Shown one piece after another: positions 7,928 through 15,750 of a stretch of 37,246 nucleotides of DNA. The notes beneath the pieces are model-generated. The model saw only the letters and a list, made by a program, of their open reading frames with translations. It did not search any database and was not told the origin of the DNA. How positions within the stretch are numbered: position 1 is the stretch's first letter; the number at the start of each line of letters is the position of its first letter. This DNA comes from a virus (Duplodnaviria; Caudoviricetes), in the IMG/VR virus record IMGVR_UViG_3300027732_000060, positions 1 to 37,246 of that record. One strand, given 5' to 3'. The translations under genes were made by a program, and so were the position numbers.

Positions 7928-7957
7928 ATTATTGACTTAGCGAGCGATCTTTTGCAA
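7928..7957 (-). promoter_or_regulatory. Possible sigma70 promoter for the SSB-like gene
   Basis: TTGCAA-N18-AATAAT in the 3' end of the DUF2800 gene. Confidence 0.35.
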
Positions 7958-9047
7958 GCGTCAGTCCACTTGAAATCTTGACGGTTAACTCGTCCAAGAT
8001 AACTCGGTTTTCCTTTGGTAGCAGTTTCTCTGCTGCCGCTGGAGTAATTAGTGTTGTTTCAAATATCTGGCTAGTGGTAAGTCCTGAGTCAACCAGTTTC
8101 ATGGCTGCCTTGTCACCGTCAACCCATTTGCGCGTTGGACGTTTAGGTGCAAGTTGCCATCCGGCCAGCACCATGCCGTCTTTTTCCATGGCCTGCATTG
8201 CGTGCTCTCTGACCGAGTCAATGAATTTCTCTACTTGCGGTGCTTTGTCTAGAATGGCGCTGATCTGGTCTGCTGTGAGCGCCAGCATGACCTGCTTGAT
8301 GTCTTCCTTGTTCAACGCGGTGATGTCCTGTTGTTTGGCCACGACATCGAATTGCTGTTTCTGTGCAGGGCAAATTGTCTTTGCATCGCACCACTGGCAG
8401 GCTGACTCTGATAGATTGAATCTGGGCGCGTCACTGATAGCGTCATCAACAGCAGGCATCAACGTAAACTCTTCCCACTCACCGAGTTCATCGGCAGTCA
8501 TGATGTGTATGCGCTTTTCACCGTGATGCGGCTGGATGATCTGGAATTCGATCTCTTCAACGTAGTGCAGATTTAGCGTTGCCATGGCCGCCAGAGCGTA
8601 TATTTTTAACTGCTCAGTGTCAGCGTCCACCCAACCTTTGCCTGTCTTCAAGTCAGCGACTATGAGCTTTTTCTTTATCTCAGAATAGCCAATGACATCG
8701 GCAGTACCGCCAAGCACAAAGTCTGGTGTCTTAAATAGGCTGACAGGCACTTCAACTTTGACCAAGCCTAGATCGTCTTGAATCGCCCATATTGCCTTCA
8801 GATGCTGCAATGCGTAGTCGCAATTGTCAGCGGTCATGGTGATGCCTTCAACCGTCTGACCGATGAACTGCATCGGGTCAGAGCCAAGCTGAAAGCAAGT
8901 CTCGGCCAGCGCGTGAATGGCAGTGCCAATGTTGGCCGCCTCACCTGATGGGCGCTGCGGTACTTGAGCGCAGAGCTTTGCGGATGCGGGACAGGCGATC
9001 CAGCGTGATGCGGCTGACGGTCTGAGCCTTAGTTGTTTTGTTGCCAT
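7929..9047 (-). CDS. DUF2800 / Cas4-like PD-(D/E)XK exonuclease
   Basis: PSAASRWIACP, GTAIH, GTAD, DLKTG, QLKIYA, CQWC..CP. Confidence 0.88.
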   Translation of the reverse strand: MATKQLRLRPSAASRWIACPASAKLCAQVPQRPSGEAANIGTAIHALAETCFQLGSDPMQFIGQTVEGITMTADNCDYALQHLKAIWAIQDDLGLVKVEVPVSLFKTPDFVLGGTADVIGYSEIKKKLIVADLKTGKGWVDADTEQLKIYALAAMATLNLHYVEEIEFQIIQPHHGEKRIHIMTADELGEWEEFTLMPAVDDAISDAPRFNLSESACQWCDAKTICPAQKQQFDVVAKQQDITALNKEDIKQVMLALTADQISAILDKAPQVEKFIDSVREHAMQAMEKDGMVLAGWQLAPKRPTRKWVDGDKAAMKLVDSGLTTSQIFETTLITPAAAEKLLPKENRVILDELTVKISSGLTLAKDRSLSQ

Positions 9048-9253
9048 GAGTCTCTTTCTATGTGGAAATCATTCAAAATTAATTGGTATGCGATTTTTCG
9101 TACTTCGTCAGTGACTGCGAATCCAAGGTCTTCTGGGTCTTGTAATCTTTTAAGCAAAACAGTTTTGTCTTGATTTGCTTTGCGTGACTCATCCAGACGC
9201 TGATTGAGCCAGAGAATGTGCTCACGCAATACTTCACGTTCTTTATCCTGCAT
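9029..9253 (-). CDS. Hypothetical coiled-coil protein
   Basis: Re-started at ATG 9253 (MQDKERE); overlaps both neighbours. Confidence 0.65.
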   Translation of the reverse strand: MQDKEREVLREHILWLNQRLDESRKANQDKTVLLKRLQDPEDLGFAVTDEVRKIAYQLILNDFHIERDSWQQNN

Positions 9254-9722
9254 GGCGTGAACCCCAATACGCAATCAGCGCAGCGTCAGCGCGGCCATCA
9301 TCCTTGACGCGCTTGAATTGATCTTGGTCTGATGGGAAGAGTTCCATGGCGCGCGCGCGGCTGGCATCCTTGCCCTGTCCACGGCCAACGGCCTTGACCC
9401 AAGTGGCAGGCGGCACAAATGTGACCGGCATCTTGAATGCGGCCAGAATGCCCTCGATCATGCCAAAGCTGCGGCCAAAGCTAAAGACGCTGGTAACGCC
9501 TTGGCCTGTTACTGCCCCCACACGCTCGCAGTAGACATGGCAGTCTCTGCCGGAGTACAGGTAGAGCATCTCGGCCAACTCAGCGGCGCTGACCTGCCGC
9601 TTGGCTTTGCCGTTGCGCTCCACCGTCATGGTGGGCATATCGAATATCTTGAGGCTCTCAGTCGAGATGATGGCAATTGCGCCGGAGAGGCCAGGATCAA
9701 TGCCAATGCTGTATTTGCTCAT
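9243..9722 (-). CDS. RuvC-like Holliday junction resolvase
   Basis: GIDPGLSGAIA, catalytic E, FSFGRSFG, P..W, DGRADAALIA. Confidence 0.88.
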   Translation of the reverse strand: MSKYSIGIDPGLSGAIAIISTESLKIFDMPTMTVERNGKAKRQVSAAELAEMLYLYSGRDCHVYCERVGAVTGQGVTSVFSFGRSFGMIEGILAAFKMPVTFVPPATWVKAVGRGQGKDASRARAMELFPSDQDQFKRVKDDGRADAALIAYWGSRHAG

Positions 9723-9955
9723 TTGACGGCCTCTTCCATGGCCTTGTTGAGTATGGTCATGCGTGCTGACACCAGCGCATTGGCGGCCTCATCCAAGCGC
9801 AGGACGGTGCTGTACAGTGGTTCGGTGATGCCGTTCTGCCATCTGCTGACCTGAGCTTGGTTGATTTCAGCGACTCGGCAGAGATCGGACATCTTGAATC
9901 CGGCAGACTCCACCTTGGTTTTTATATCGTGAATTGCTTGCTGTGCTATTTTCAT
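9719..9955 (-). CDS. XRE/Cro-like HTH regulator
   Basis: MSDLCRVAEINQAQVSRWQNGITEP HTH; first gene of the leftward operon; start 9955 preferred to 9973. Confidence 0.8.
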   Translation of the reverse strand: MKIAQQAIHDIKTKVESAGFKMSDLCRVAEINQAQVSRWQNGITEPLYSTVLRLDEAANALVSARMTILNKAMEEAVK

Positions 9956-9962
9956 GTCTAGA

Positions 9963-9992
9963 ATGTTAACCATGTTTTGATAGAAGCGTCAA
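9963..9992 (-). promoter_or_regulatory. Leftward sigma70 promoter, probably leaderless transcript
   Basis: TTGACG-N18-TAACAT, then 7 nt to ATG 9955. Confidence 0.55.
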
Positions 9993-10002
9993 GTGTACAG
10001 AC

Positions 10003-10032
10003 AAAAAAGGGGATCAGCGTGAACCGATCCCC
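10003..10032 (-). terminator. Rho-independent terminator ending a candidate sRNA
   Basis: GGGGATCGG-TTCACG-CTGATCCCC followed by T6. Confidence 0.7.
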
Positions 10033-10065
10033 ATAAAGGCAACTGCTGGAAGCATGAACCAGCAA
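10003..10065 (-). ncRNA. Candidate ~60-nt two-hairpin sRNA
   Basis: TACAAT at 10071-10076, hairpin TGCTGG-9 nt-CCAGCA, then terminator; no plausible CDS; -35 not evident. Confidence 0.4.
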
Positions 10066-10120
10066 CCCACATTGTAGTGGCAGAATACTTGACAAGTTTG
10101 TAAGGTCTAAATAATAGTTG

Positions 10121-10148
10121 TTGATGAGTTTGGTAAATCGATTATGAT
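10121..10148 (+). promoter_or_regulatory. Rightward (early) sigma70 promoter
   Basis: TTGATG-N16-TATGAT; second candidate TTGACA (10089)-N15-AATAAT. Confidence 0.5.
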
Positions 10149-10182
10149 TCATTCATCAACAACGCAACCCCAAGGAAACAAA

Positions 10183-10455
10183 ATGACAAACGCAACACAA
10201 ATAACTGCTCAAGAAGAACGCAACATCAATATGTATGGAGTAGCTGATATTGACGCTTATGTGGAATCTGTTAAAGAATCCATCACTTACCAATTCACAG
10301 GCGCAAACATGGTTGTGGCTGGCCTGATGTCTGATGCTCAAGAATTGATTGCTGGTGGCGCACAAAACAGCAGCCGCCAAACACTCAACATTGCCAAGCA
10401 CATTTTGTTTTTGATTATGGATGGCGAATTGGTTGGCACAGTAGAGCGCAAGTAA
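10183..10455 (+). CDS. Hypothetical early protein, 90 aa
   Basis: AAGGA RBS before ATG 10183. Confidence 0.75.
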   Translation: MTNATQITAQEERNINMYGVADIDAYVESVKESITYQFTGANMVVAGLMSDAQELIAGGAQNSSRQTLNIAKHILFLIMDGELVGTVERK

Positions 10456-10461
10456 ACCCAA

Positions 10462-10483
10462 GGGGGCGCAAGCCCCCATCTTT
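10462..10483 (+). terminator. GNRA-capped hairpin, weak terminator or processing site
   Basis: GGGGGC-GCAA-GCCCCC followed by ATCTTT. Confidence 0.5.
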
Positions 10484-10494
10484 AAGGAGTCCAC

Positions 10495-10635
10495 ATGAAC
10501 CACACACAACACGCCATGACCGAATACAACCACCGCAGGCTTGGCAAACGCGCAGAGGCTGCCTATGACTACTTGCTGTGCCTTGTCATCGGCACTGGCT
10601 TGGCCGCACTGCTCGTAGCATGGTGGTCATCATGA
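10495..10635 (+). CDS. 46-aa single-TM membrane protein (absent from ORF track)
   Basis: AAGGAG RBS; MNHTQHAM..YLLCLVIGTGLAALLVAWWSS; ATGA overlap with next gene. Confidence 0.7.
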   Translation: MNHTQHAMTEYNHRRLGKRAEAAYDYLLCLVIGTGLAALLVAWWSS

Positions 10636-10883
10636 CTGACCTGCAAGACTACTGCCAAGAACCGCGCACCATGGATGAATTGGTGGAGGCCGGATACAAG
10701 CAGCACGCGGTCTACAACGCCGTCAAGCGCAATGAATTGAAGAACACCAATGCCATGGATGCATGGGGGCGCAAACAGCGCGGCAAAGGCTTATTCCTGT
10801 CCACCGTGACACCCATTCCCTATAACGCAACCCTGCTAGTGCAAGCCTGGAACACACAACCACAAGGAGAGACTCATGTCTGA
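10632..10883 (+). CDS. Hypothetical protein, possibly wHTH-like
   Basis: Re-started at ATG 10632 (MTDLQDYCQEPRT). Confidence 0.65.
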   Translation: MTDLQDYCQEPRTMDELVEAGYKQHAVYNAVKRNELKNTNAMDAWGRKQRGKGLFLSTVTPIPYNATLLVQAWNTQPQGETHV

Positions 10884-11145
10884 GAATATGCAAATTGAGA
10901 TTGACCGAGCTGTCAACAAGTTCACGCCACCCATGGAAGTGGGCGGTGGATTCCTCACCCGCGAGGACATCAAGACCTTTGCACGCAAGGCCGTGACTGA
11001 TGGCACGTTCATCGGCTGGACTCACGCGGAGAACATGACCAGAGAGCGTATGCAGCGCAAGATCACCGAGATGGAGCACGAGGTCACCATACTGCGCGAG
11101 CGCGTGAAAGAAGTTGAGATGGAGCTGCTGGCGGTTCAGAAGTGA
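10876..11145 (+). CDS. Hypothetical protein with C-terminal coiled coil
   Basis: AAGGAG RBS; heptad-rich C-terminus. Confidence 0.7.
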   Translation: MSENMQIEIDRAVNKFTPPMEVGGGFLTREDIKTFARKAVTDGTFIGWTHAENMTRERMQRKITEMEHEVTILRERVKEVEMELLAVQK

Positions 11146-11324
11146 GAATAATTGTACTTGTGCTGGCGGTGCTAGCACTCTTTTACTTTGATGCAAAGGA
11201 CTTCGATGGAAACCGTAATCAACTTCCTATTGATGGCACTGCTAGGCATGGCCATAACGCTGGTGGTGCTGATGTGCATTGTGAAATTCTTGCTAGACCA
11301 GACCGAGGACAAGTAAATGCCTAG
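11142..11324 (+). CDS. Small protein with hydrophobic N-terminus
   Basis: GTGA overlap; MRIIVLVLAVLALFYF; 3' half overlaps another ORF. Confidence 0.4.
   Translation: MRIIVLVLAVLALFYFDAKDFDGNRNQLPIDGTARHGHNAGGADVHCEILARPDRGQVNA
11206..11316 (+). CDS. 36-aa single-TM peptide (absent from ORF track)
   Basis: AAGGA RBS; METVINFLLMALLGMAITLVVLMCIVKFLLDQTEDK; stop abuts the next ATG. Confidence 0.55.
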   Translation: METVINFLLMALLGMAITLVVLMCIVKFLLDQTEDK

Positions 11325-11469
11325 ACCAAAATCAGAATTGACTAACTCGCAACAACGCATTGGCGTGAAGCTGACGCAGTGGCAGTATGAAGAGTGGAAG
11401 AGGCTTGGCGCATCAAAGTGGATTAAGCAGGTGCTTACTGAGAGTTATAAGAAGAGGATAAAGGAATGA
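11317..11469 (+). CDS. 50-aa ribbon-helix-helix-like DNA-binding protein (absent from ORF track)
   Basis: GAGGA RBS; MPRPKSELTNSQQRIGVKLTQWQYEEWKRLGASKWIKQVLTE; ATGA overlap. Confidence 0.65.
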   Translation: MPRPKSELTNSQQRIGVKLTQWQYEEWKRLGASKWIKQVLTESYKKRIKE

Positions 11470-11732
11470 AACAAGATGAAATCATTGAGATGGCAAGAAA
11501 GGTTGGTTTGGTAATAGACGGAAATCAATCTGGGTTTGACGACCTTGCAGCCTTTGCCAAACTGGTAGCCGCCAAAGCGTTTCAGAATGGCTATGAAAAA
11601 GGCGTAGCCGCTTTCACTGAAGCCGTTAACCTTGAACGTGAAGTCTGTGCAAAAACATTGGAATCAATCAGTAATGCGCCCGATATGCAGTCTTATGCAA
11701 ATGCTATCAGAGCCAGAGGAGATCAAGCATGA
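11466..11732 (+). CDS. Hypothetical phage protein
   Basis: ORF track; EIIEMAR..FAKLVA..ERE.CA..AIRARG pattern; coupled at both ends. Confidence 0.75.
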   Translation: MKQDEIIEMARKVGLVIDGNQSGFDDLAAFAKLVAAKAFQNGYEKGVAAFTEAVNLEREVCAKTLESISNAPDMQSYANAIRARGDQA

Positions 11733-12307
11733 CACAAGAAGCATTACGCATGGCGCATAAAGCATTGATAGGTTTGTCAATTAAGCATGGCGAAATGACT
11801 GATGAGGGCATGGATGCAATTACTGCAATTGAAAAAGCCTTGGCACAAGAAAAAGCACTGCAAGCACTGCACAGCGAGAACGAACGCCTTGGGTTGTATA
11901 AGGATGCTTATGCAGAGCAAGAGCCTGTGGCGTGGGCTGTGTATTGTGATGGGTTTATTGCACTACCAGCTTTTGACACCGAGCAAGATGCGCTTAAAGA
12001 AATGCAACGCAGGAATAAAAAATGGCCGCACAACAAGCGGGAGGTAAAAGCACTTTATGACGCACCACCACAGCCAAAGCAAGAGCCTAGTGGTCACTTT
12101 CTAGATTTTGCATACTCCGACAGCATTGCTTATGTCCATGTGTACGATCAATTTAGAAAAGGACAACAGTTCTACAAAGCCCCGCCACAGCGCACATGGG
12201 TGGGGATACCAGAGCAAGACTTAAAACAAGGCGATGAATCTTTTTTTGTTGCGTGGAGAGAAGGCGCTCGCTGGGCAGAAGCCAAACTCAAGGAGCGCAA
12301 CACTTGA
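11729..12307 (+). CDS. Modular hypothetical protein (QEPVAW..PPQ..RTWVG)
   Basis: GAGGAG RBS; internally repeated QEP...APPQ units. Confidence 0.75.
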   Translation: MTQEALRMAHKALIGLSIKHGEMTDEGMDAITAIEKALAQEKALQALHSENERLGLYKDAYAEQEPVAWAVYCDGFIALPAFDTEQDALKEMQRRNKKWPHNKREVKALYDAPPQPKQEPSGHFLDFAYSDSIAYVHVYDQFRKGQQFYKAPPQRTWVGIPEQDLKQGDESFFVAWREGARWAEAKLKERNT

Positions 12308-12468
12308 ACGCATTTGATTACAAAGACCAGCCCTCGATCTGGACGCGAGATCAGCAACTCAAACGCTATAAGACGGCAGATGACTGCGCCAAGAAGAGGC
12401 AGGACAAGCGCGACATCAATGACCGTGAGCAAGTCTTCATCTACTCCAAGGCACTGAGCAAAAAATGA
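12304..12468 (+). CDS. Hypothetical protein, 54 aa
   Basis: AAGGAG RBS before TTG 12304, which overlaps the previous TGA. Confidence 0.55.
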   Translation: MNAFDYKDQPSIWTRDQQLKRYKTADDCAKKRQDKRDINDREQVFIYSKALSKK

Positions 12469-12650
12469 TTGAGACAATACGCACAATGTCGGGGAAGCAG
12501 CATGGCCTGCGCGGTGACAGACAGACCATTGTGACGGTGGGCAGAATCTACCGTTGCAGTTTATGCGGCAAGATGTTCACCGATAGGGAAGAGGCAGACA
12601 GACACGATAGGCGCGAGCATGAAATCCGCAAGACTACCAAAGGTAATTAG
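12465..12650 (+). CDS. C2H2-type zinc-finger protein
   Basis: YRCSLCGKMFTDREEADRHDRREH = C-x2-C-x12-H-x4-H with conserved Y and F. Confidence 0.7.
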   Translation: MIETIRTMSGKQHGLRGDRQTIVTVGRIYRCSLCGKMFTDREEADRHDRREHEIRKTTKGN

Positions 12651-12987
12651 CATCCTCCAGCGCACCGGCTGCACAGCGCCAGAGTTGGCCGCCAAGGTTT
12701 ACTGCACCGAGAGGTCAGCGCAGCAGATGATCAAGCGCCTGCAACTGGCTGGCACTGTCCACATTCAAGAGTGGCGCAGATCAGGCAATGTGCTGGTGGC
12801 GGTGTACCGCTATGGGATTGGCACTGATGCTGTCAAACCGCCACCGCTGACACCCATGGAGCGTTTGCGTAGGTTTAGGCAGCGTGAGACATTGGACGAT
12901 AAGGCTTTCCGCTTGGCGCGTGAAAGAGGTAAGAGATTAAAGCCACGGCGTGATCCGCTGGTGGCTGCACTGTTTGGAGATAGATGA
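12619..12987 (+). CDS. Winged-helix DNA-binding protein
   Basis: CTAPELAAKVYCTERSAQQMIKRL HTH, beta wing, basic tail. Confidence 0.7.
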   Translation: MKSARLPKVISILQRTGCTAPELAAKVYCTERSAQQMIKRLQLAGTVHIQEWRRSGNVLVAVYRYGIGTDAVKPPPLTPMERLRRFRQRETLDDKAFRLARERGKRLKPRRDPLVAALFGDR

Positions 12988-13205
12988 TGGAAAACAAAGA
13001 GAGAAGAGCCAGGATTGAATACTGGGAAAATGACGGTGAATTTATTCGCGTTTCATATACCCAAGAAGATGGGCAAAGAGTTACCGCCTCATTTCATCGC
13101 ATGGGATGGAGAAAGCCCCCATCCCAAGTCCTCAAAAAAGTGATGAACGCTCTTCGGTTGGGTCCGAGGGCTGCAATAGGCCGTATCCAAAGTTCGGTGA
13201 AGTAG
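12984..13205 (+). CDS. Hypothetical protein, last early gene
   Basis: GGAG RBS, ATGA overlap; 74-bp convergent overlap with 13132..15747. Confidence 0.5.
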   Translation: MMENKERRARIEYWENDGEFIRVSYTQEDGQRVTASFHRMGWRKPPSQVLKKVMNALRLGPRAAIGRIQSSVK

Positions 13206-15747
13206 CAGGGAAAGCAGCGCCTGACGCTAATGCAGCAGGCACTGCCAACAATCCTTTATTGCGTACAAAATCCAAAAGGTTCATCAAGTCTTCGCGGGTT
13301 TTGTAGCCTCTTGTCTCAGAGGTTTTTTTGTAAATGTCTAACAGATCACCCGCTGGCGCCATTGCACCCTGACTTAATTTAGCCTGATCTGCTGGAGATA
13401 ACTTATTGAAATACTCCATCCATTTTCGCGTGACTGCACCAGAGCCTTGTGGCTGAGTCCATGCGCTTGAGTAATCAATATAGTCACTGACATTTCGCGT
13501 TGGCACATAATCAGTTGCGCCCAAAGCATTTTGCAATTGATAAATTTCTGACTCAGGCAATGCTTTTGACCCAAAATTTATTGCAGCAACACCTTTGCCA
13601 TAATCCACCAAAGGTATCTCATCACCGGCCATGCGATAGGCCGCTCTGATGTTTTCTTCGCCAACCTTTTTCTGCAATGGGAAGAACGCGCTTTCGCCTT
13701 TAGCAAAGGGGATTTGGGCATTCCATGTTGATGCATTCTGACCTGTGAACATTCCTCTGGTGGCTGCCGCGGCTGATAATCTATCAGCAATATTTTGCGG
13801 TATGCCAGGATTCCTTACCGGCGCTGTGACAGGGAATTCAGAAAGGCTTGCAAAGCCAGGCTGAGTTTCTAGTGCGTATGGCGCCAGCGTAGGTGCTTTG
13901 AGTCCAGTTTCTGATCTTGGACCAGCGAATGGAATACCGCCTGGCGGCTGATACGCGCCTTGCATACCTCTTGTTTTCAATGGCTGCAATCCCAACGCAC
14001 TTTGCAGAATGTCTCTGCCTTGTACGTCTTGAAACGCTGATGCTGCTCTTGATGAAAAATTCGCTCTTGATCCTTGCGGTAGATCAATCAACTCTTCCAT
14101 AAAGCCAGTGCCTCTGCCTGGAATCATTTCATACGGTTCGGCAGCAAAGGCAGATTTCAAATCGCCTGGCTCTTTAGGCAGGCTGAATACTTTGCCGCGA
14201 GACTCCATTTGTCTAAAACCTTGGAGGTCTTCAAGTCTTCTCGCCAGTGAATCAATGTCTCTTTGTTCTGACATAGACAACTGAACATTTGACGGTTGCC
14301 ATTGATAAGGTTTCAAACCAGATAATTGTTGACCGTATCCAGCTTCACGCAAAATATTTTGATAGTTACCTTGATTCAATAATGTAGAAAAGTCTGGTGT
14401 TCCTCTAATTAATTCTGGGGTCAATAATCCTTTGTCGAGGATCTCTCTAGCCCGCATTCCCATAGAGGTCTGACCCTCCATCAATGGCATTGCAAGTGAC
14501 CACATTGTCTCTTGGCCTTCTGATGGGAACATATTGGCTTGCTGTGCGCCTTGTCTTAAACGTGCGCTGGTGGCTATGTAGCCTGGTGTTAAGCCAGGGT
14601 CACCTCTCGCAATTTGCAATGCTGTTGGCGATCCACTAAACAGGTTTTGATTAACACCAAGTGCATTCGCCATCCAAGCATCATTGGTGACCTTGTAAAC
14701 ATCATCAGCAAGGTTTCTATAAAAAGAATCTACCTTTGGTCCAGATAGAGTTACTTTTGCAGGATCATCAGCAGATAGTGATCTGATGGCATTGTTTTGC
14801 CATGCCTCTAATACTGACTCTTCGCCCTTTGTACCGCTGACGCTGCGCCCCATAATCTCTTTAATAGCTCTTCCATCTGTAGGCCGTCCGGCAGCAGTCC
14901 AGTTTTTCCAAGTGTTTAATGTGTTGAGCAAATTCATTTCAACACTTGTTTGCGGAGATAAAGCTGCAAGCAATGATGCAAATCGAGGCGCATCATCCGC
15001 GCCAAATACATCAATGATAGCCTGAGTAGATGCGCGATACCAACCCTGCTTTGGAGCGCCAGCTTTAGCCATTGATGCCATTTCTTTTGATGATGGCAAT
15101 ATGTCAAGCAGCTTGCTAATTTCTTTTACAGACTCTTCATTGGTAATTACCTTTTGCACTTCCTGACCGGTCATAAACTGAGATGCTTTTGCAAAGTCAG
15201 GATATTTTTGTTTCAACTTTTCAAAGGTTTCTTTTTCATCGCTTGAAAGCATTTTCTTTTGTTGACGCACAAGCTCTTTGCTTGTTTGTCCACGCACTGG
15301 CGCCACCTGTGGGCGTAGTGCGCCAGTTAAATTAGAAGCCTGACTCATTGATGGTGCTGGTGGCACTGCAAATGATGGTTGTGGAATAAACTGTTCAAGT
15401 AAACCACCTGGGCGTTGCCCTATACTGGCGGCGCCAATCTCTTGTTTAATTACATTAGCACCTTTGCCAAGCAATTTATTTATGCCAAGCAACTCCATTG
15501 CTGGAGCGACATTAAGTAGTGCGCCAACTGGATATGTTGATTCAGCAGCTTGCAATACTTGCTGTCTTTTTGGATCGAATACGCTGAACTGGTTTGCAAC
15601 ATCGTATGGGTTTTCTTGTAGCAATCCACTAAATGCGCCATATGTCCTTGGGTCTGGCAAATCCTGCACATTACGCTGTGCAGCTAGTGCTCTGGACTTT
15701 GCGCCTTGGCGCTGGATATTGGGATTGATAAAACCTTGAGTTGCCAT
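13132..15747 (-). CDS. Large putative ejection protein with HhH-GPD DNA glycosylase-like domain
   Basis: Last late gene, after other ejection proteins; WY..LLAALSPQTS..N..GPK(338)..VTND(356)AW..QETMW. Confidence 0.65.
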   Translation of the reverse strand: MATQGFINPNIQRQGAKSRALAAQRNVQDLPDPRTYGAFSGLLQENPYDVANQFSVFDPKRQQVLQAAESTYPVGALLNVAPAMELLGINKLLGKGANVIKQEIGAASIGQRPGGLLEQFIPQPSFAVPPAPSMSQASNLTGALRPQVAPVRGQTSKELVRQQKKMLSSDEKETFEKLKQKYPDFAKASQFMTGQEVQKVITNEESVKEISKLLDILPSSKEMASMAKAGAPKQGWYRASTQAIIDVFGADDAPRFASLLAALSPQTSVEMNLLNTLNTWKNWTAAGRPTDGRAIKEIMGRSVSGTKGEESVLEAWQNNAIRSLSADDPAKVTLSGPKVDSFYRNLADDVYKVTNDAWMANALGVNQNLFSGSPTALQIARGDPGLTPGYIATSARLRQGAQQANMFPSEGQETMWSLAMPLMEGQTSMGMRAREILDKGLLTPELIRGTPDFSTLLNQGNYQNILREAGYGQQLSGLKPYQWQPSNVQLSMSEQRDIDSLARRLEDLQGFRQMESRGKVFSLPKEPGDLKSAFAAEPYEMIPGRGTGFMEELIDLPQGSRANFSSRAASAFQDVQGRDILQSALGLQPLKTRGMQGAYQPPGGIPFAGPRSETGLKAPTLAPYALETQPGFASLSEFPVTAPVRNPGIPQNIADRLSAAAATRGMFTGQNASTWNAQIPFAKGESAFFPLQKKVGEENIRAAYRMAGDEIPLVDYGKGVAAINFGSKALPESEIYQLQNALGATDYVPTRNVSDYIDYSSAWTQPQGSGAVTRKWMEYFNKLSPADQAKLSQGAMAPAGDLLDIYKKTSETRGYKTREDLMNLLDFVRNKGLLAVPAALASGAAFPATSPNFGYGLLQPSDPTEERSSLF

Positions 15748-15750
15748 GAT

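Noticed and set aside
7929-9722. CRISPR-Cas or RNA-guided system from the Cas4-like and RuvC-like genes
   Set aside because: No repeat-spacer array or other cas genes; the RuvC is a 159-aa stand-alone resolvase in a replication operon
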